Origin: a virus
Lineage: Duplodnaviria; Caudoviricetes
Direction: 5' to 3' (one strand)
Virus record (IMG/VR): IMGVR_UViG_3300032326_001477
Coordinates: 1 to 29,902 of that record
DNA: 29,902 nt
Part shown: one piece after another, positions 26,062 through 29,902 of the stretch
How the letters are laid out: every line of letters starts with the position of its first letter
How positions within the stretch are numbered: position 1 is the first letter of the stretch
Translations under genes and position numbers: made by a program
Notes under the pieces: generated by a model
What the model was told of the DNA's origin: nothing
The model's database searches: none
Seen by the model: only the letters and a program-made list of their open reading frames with translations

Positions 26062-26076
26062 TAAAAAAATATTCTT

Positions 26077-27195
26077 ATGTCCACAGTAATAATCACAGAG
26101 CCTGAAAGAAGTAAACTTTATAAAAGGATTAAAAATCTTTTAGGAGCCCCTTTACGTGCTGTTGAATTGGAGGATGAAATGATGGATTCATTGTTGGAAC
26201 TTTCTATTCAAGATTACGCACAGCATGTTAATGATTGGTTGATTGAAAGTCAGTGGTCCTCACTATATGGTCTTAATTTAGATGAACAATCCCTTACAAG
26301 GGCATTCACTACTAGATCATTAGATTGGGAAACACAATATACTTACGCATATTCTAAAATTGTCGGTTTACAGGCTGGCGGTGATTGGGTATTAAAAAAA
26401 GACTATATAGATTTAGTTGCAGGTCAACAAATATATGAAATCCCCGCAGGTAGAGAAGTAAATGAATTATTATGGTTTACAAGATCTGAATTGGATGCGG
26501 CATATTTTGACCCATTCATGGGAGGTTTTGGTGGATTTGGTGGTATTGGTTTAGGTGGTGGTGCCGGATTTTCACAGATGGGTACAACGGGTAATTATTT
26601 TATAACACCGGCCTTTGACATACTTTTAAGAATGTCGGATATTAACATCAAAAGAAGAATCATTACAGGTGACCTTACTTATAGAATTACTGCGTTACCT
26701 GAAGGAAAAAAGGCACTTCATCTTATGAACGTACCAGGTGGAAGATTCGATTTTGGAAATATTAATTTCCAAGAGTATAAAGTTTGGTATTGGTATTATG
26801 ATACTTTTGATAGGGATAATTGTTTAAAGGCGAATCCCGATATTGTTAAGTTACCTTCTGATGTTCCTATTGATGAAATGAGATGGGATGAACTTAATTC
26901 ACCGGCTCAAACTTGGGTTAGAAGATGGTTTACTGCATATTGTAAAGAAACTTTAGCAAGAGTTAGAGGTAAGTACAGCGGTAATCTTAAAACACCTGAT
27001 TCTGAACTTACACTTGAGTACCAAAGTTTACAAACTGAGTCTAAAGATGAAAAAGCTATGCTATGGGAAGAACTAAAAGCAAGACTCGAAAGATTAAGAC
27101 CTGAAAAACAATGGGAAATAAAAGGTATCCAAGCCGAAAACATGAACAAATCTTTGAAATTTAGACCATTTACAAGTCCATATACTGTTATATAA
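26077..27195 (+). CDS. Neck protein / head-tail adaptor (T4 gp13-like)
   Basis: 372 aa; IKNLLGAPLRAVELEDEMMD resembles the gp13 N-terminus (LGAP.I.VEL), and WVRRWFTAYCKETLARVRGKY resembles its C-terminal helix. Confidence 0.7.
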   Translation: MSTVIITEPERSKLYKRIKNLLGAPLRAVELEDEMMDSLLELSIQDYAQHVNDWLIESQWSSLYGLNLDEQSLTRAFTTRSLDWETQYTYAYSKIVGLQAGGDWVLKKDYIDLVAGQQIYEIPAGREVNELLWFTRSELDAAYFDPFMGGFGGFGGIGLGGGAGFSQMGTTGNYFITPAFDILLRMSDINIKRRIITGDLTYRITALPEGKKALHLMNVPGGRFDFGNINFQEYKVWYWYYDTFDRDNCLKANPDIVKLPSDVPIDEMRWDELNSPAQTWVRRWFTAYCKETLARVRGKYSGNLKTPDSELTLEYQSLQTESKDEKAMLWEELKARLERLRPEKQWEIKGIQAENMNKSLKFRPFTSPYTVI

Positions 27196-27202
27196 TTTAT
27201 TT

Positions 27203-27535
27203 ATGCCTGTATTTAGATCAATACCATCCTTAAGGGTTATTAATGGAACTCCTATAGAAACCTCTGATTCCGCGGTAGTAATCAATCAAGATTATGAAAC
27301 TAATGGTGAATATGTTATAATTTACAAGGGAGATGAAAATCATAAATTAACTTTGAATCATAATAATACAGACCACGTTGTGGTTAAGTCTCTTACTAAC
27401 GTTTTAGTTTTTTCAGAAAATTTAATTGATGAGGAATTTAATGAAGTTGAGTTAGACAAAGGGTCTTGTGTTGAGTTTAAATATATTAATGGTTTTTGGT
27501 ATATCTTATCTTCTGATGGATTGAAAAACTCTTAG
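27203..27535 (+). CDS. Hypothetical beta-rich protein (110 aa)
   Basis: Starts 7 nt after the neck gene; its stop overlaps the polymerase stop by 4 nt (convergent). Confidence 0.7.
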   Translation: MPVFRSIPSLRVINGTPIETSDSAVVINQDYETNGEYVIIYKGDENHKLTLNHNNTDHVVVKSLTNVLVFSENLIDEEFNEVELDKGSCVEFKYINGFWYILSSDGLKNS

Positions 27536-29901
27536 TCGAAACTAAGAGCCATCAAATCACCATCAACATCAAATTCGTAATACTCATCAGCATCTACTTT
27601 CTTTTGTTGTTGGACATATTGTTCCATTAGACTTCTGTTATTTTCAACCCATTCAGTATCCACTAAATCAACTGTCCCTTCCAAATACATATAGTAAGGG
27701 TCAATACCTACATTTTTCCAAAACGTTAATTCTGTATCAGATAATGTTAATACTTCCTCTAACGTATCTTGGTGAGCCTCTTTCATAGGATAACCACGCA
27801 CTAATTCAGTTTGTGTTTTAGTAAAGATAGGTCTATCTTTTGGGTTTTCAATTAAAATGTCTTCTCTAATTTCAGGTTTATAAACAACAAGTAACGGTTC
27901 GATTCTTTTATTAAACGCCGCCAAATATCTCGGAACATTATACTCACCTAATAAATCAGGGTTCAATTCAATGTCACGTTCATCAATCAAATAACAATTC
28001 AAAACTAATTCATCTTTTTTCTTTTGAACGTCACCATGAGATTTTTTCTCACCATTATTCACATAAAAGATAGTATCACCAAGACCTGGATTCTTACCTT
28101 CTTTAATCAAAAGCTCCATGTGTGCCTGACGAGACATCATATTACCTGCCTTTGTTGTTTTAGTAATGTGAACTTTATAATCATCAATTGATTGTTTAAC
28201 ACGAGCTTTGTTTGCGATTTTAGCCAAAGGAATTTGTCTATTGTAAAGTTTATCTACATACTCATAGTAGAAATCCAAGAACTCACCACCCTTACCATCT
28301 AATAACATTCGAAGGCCTGTATCCAAAAACTCAGCAACATATGTTTGAAGTTTTTTAGATTTAATTGTATTACCAGTAAGTTTTACTTTACCCTTGTCTG
28401 TAAGAAGTGCGTAGTTTTTACGAGCCACATTTATAGTTGAAGGCCAAACACCGTCAATATCTAATCCCATTTCACCTCGTAAAAATAAATCGTTGTATTC
28501 TGCAACATCCGCTTCAGCACCAACATATTCTTTACCTTCTTTAACCAGACCATTCAAACCTTTACCGATGTACTTATAAGTCTCCCTATCTTGTGGTGTT
28601 TCAAAGTTTACACCGTCCGTGTCCATTACAAGTGGAACATAACCTCTTTTCATAAAGAACATAATCATTTGACGAAGGTATTGTCTACCTGTACAAGTAA
28701 TCTGTTCACCCATATCAATATCTCCCCACGGAAATACTTGTGGAGCTGATAATGAACCAAAGAATGCGTTGATAAAGATTTTAATTGGTAATTGTTTACG
28801 GTCATAAGAAATAGCAAGTTTGGGGTCAATAGACTTATATTCGCTCGCTAAGTTCTTGTATTTGATACGAGTATCACGGAAATACTTTAACATACTCTTC
28901 ATTGCTCCTGTTACGTCACATTTAGGGAATACGTCGTGAACCAACTGAATAGATGGGTATAGTGAAGAGTAGTCAAGTTTCAATACGTTTTTAGAGAACC
29001 CAACCTGAACCAAACGAGAAAGACCTCCCGTAAACTTTCTTTTCTCTAATTTTCTTGGTAACGCTAAATTATGTTTATATGACCATGCGGACATAATCAT
29101 TTTCCATAACGTTGCGGTTCCCATCGTTGAAAGTCTTTCATAGGTTGTTGGTACAAGTTTAGACAACAAGAAGTTTGCTTGGTTGAATTGTTCATCAACC
29201 ACCATTGTTTCATAAAGGTCATCGTCCAAGTAGTCTTCAATGATTTTTGAACCTGTAACTAATTTATAAACATCATCTCTTCTTTTACATACTTCATCTA
29301 TTTTTGAATCAAACCCAACTTTTTTGTAAGCTCCGTTTTCTTTGTTCATCCAATATTCAAAATTATCAAAATAGATTTTACCAATCTTATCACCTTCAAC
29401 ATAAACACGATTTGGTTTTTCTGCTTCAATAAATTTGGTAATATACTTCAAAGACCAACTCTTAATATCTGAGTTGATTGCTTGTGCTCTACGAACCGCA
29501 TGTGCAATATCCACAATATTATATCCCCACATCTGAGTCTGAACGTATGGTTCCATTTCATTTGCCAACTTTAAGATACCATCTTTTTGTTTCAATGTAT
29601 AATCAGGATGTAAGGTCTTTGATATTTTTTTGATGTTTAATTTCAAAATTTCTGCTCGTTTCAAAATAAACGGGAAGTCAAAGAATGCTGAGTTGTACCC
29701 CCCAATCAAAGATGGTTTTAACTCATCAATAGTCTTAAAGAAGTCGACAATCATTTGTCGTTCTTCATCTTCATTTTGCGCTGATAATAATTTTAGAAAA
29801 CCACGATTGTCTTTCATCCCTATCAAGAATATCTTACTTGTTTTGGGGTCAAGACCTGTGGTCTCGATATCGAATACAAACCTGTGGATTTCATCGTATT
29901 C
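27532..29901 (-). CDS. polB: Family B DNA polymerase (5'-truncated by the window edge)
   Basis: The frame stays open beyond the track start: EYDEIHRFVFDIETTGLDP (ExoI), GYNSAFFDFPFI (ExoII), YLDDDLYET (ExoIII), LDYSSLYPSI (motif A), KIFINAFFG (motif B), MDTDG (motif C). Confidence 0.95.
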   Translation of the reverse strand, partial: EYDEIHRFVFDIETTGLDPKTSKIFLIGMKDNRGFLKLLSAQNEDEERQMIVDFFKTIDELKPSLIGGYNSAFFDFPFILKRAEILKLNIKKISKTLHPDYTLKQKDGILKLANEMEPYVQTQMWGYNIVDIAHAVRRAQAINSDIKSWSLKYITKFIEAEKPNRVYVEGDKIGKIYFDNFEYWMNKENGAYKKVGFDSKIDEVCKRRDDVYKLVTGSKIIEDYLDDDLYETMVVDEQFNQANFLLSKLVPTTYERLSTMGTATLWKMIMSAWSYKHNLALPRKLEKRKFTGGLSRLVQVGFSKNVLKLDYSSLYPSIQLVHDVFPKCDVTGAMKSMLKYFRDTRIKYKNLASEYKSIDPKLAISYDRKQLPIKIFINAFFGSLSAPQVFPWGDIDMGEQITCTGRQYLRQMIMFFMKRGYVPLVMDTDGVNFETPQDRETYKYIGKGLNGLVKEGKEYVGAEADVAEYNDLFLRGEMGLDIDGVWPSTINVARKNYALLTDKGKVKLTGNTIKSKKLQTYVAEFLDTGLRMLLDGKGGEFLDFYYEYVDKLYNRQIPLAKIANKARVKQSIDDYKVHITKTTKAGNMMSRQAHMELLIKEGKNPGLGDTIFYVNNGEKKSHGDVQKKKDELVLNCYLIDERDIELNPDLLGEYNVPRYLAAFNKRIEPLLVVYKPEIREDILIENPKDRPIFTKTQTELVRGYPMKEAHQDTLEEVLTLSDTELTFWKNVGIDPYYMYLEGTVDLVDTEWVENNRSLMEQYVQQQKKVDADEYYEFDVDGDLMALSFD

Positions 29902-29902
29902 A

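Noticed and set aside
24924-27285. Minus-strand ORFs 24924, 25200, 25644, 26907 and 27094
   Set aside because: Antisense to the SOD, neck and 110-aa genes; shadow ORFs.
29824-29826. TTG start for the polymerase given in the ORF track
   Set aside because: The frame continues to the window edge and includes the ExoI motif FDIETTG.
1-29902. Stop-codon reassignment
   Set aside because: Genes are full length and densely packed in the standard code, and TAG and TGA both occur as terminal stops.
1-29902. CRISPR array, tRNA/rRNA, intron, intein or IS element
   Set aside because: Intergenic gaps are all under about 140 nt, with no repeat-spacer pattern or cloverleaf seen; helicase and PolB motifs are uninterrupted; no transposase-like ORF.

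Overview
AT-rich segment of a large contractile-tailed (myovirus-type) dsDNA phage genome, read in the standard genetic code. From 1 to about 23.1 kb a minus-strand tail/neck module runs, in transcription order: neck/head-closure protein, tail terminator-like protein, 1071-aa tail sheath, a 45-aa ORF plus HAD-family phosphatase inserted between sheath and tube, tail tube, tail-assembly chaperone-like protein, tape measure, a 2033-aa tube-initiator-like baseplate protein, a LysM/gpX-like wedge protein and a 2130-aa hub-like protein. From 23.2 to 27.5 kb the plus strand carries a SNF2 helicase, a HExxH-domain/Mn-SOD fusion, a gp13-like neck protein and a small ORF. A family B DNA polymerase (minus strand) is cut off by the right edge. 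Features absent from the ORF track: (1) a 50-codon ATG-less frame after the chaperone gene, reachable by a +1 frameshift at UUU_UUU_CGG; (2) a sense-strand TATTTAT(A/T) octamer in front of 10 genes, only 3-4 nt from the ATG in three cases, plus a second TT(T/G)A-N16-TATATT class; (3) a 49-aa ribbon-helix-helix-like ORF with an adjacent 11-bp tandem repeat; (4) an IrrE/ImmA-like metallopeptidase domain fused to SOD; (5) an OmpA-like domain and about 7 novel repeats inside the baseplate protein. All functional calls come from motif recognition and gene order by eye; no database searches were run.
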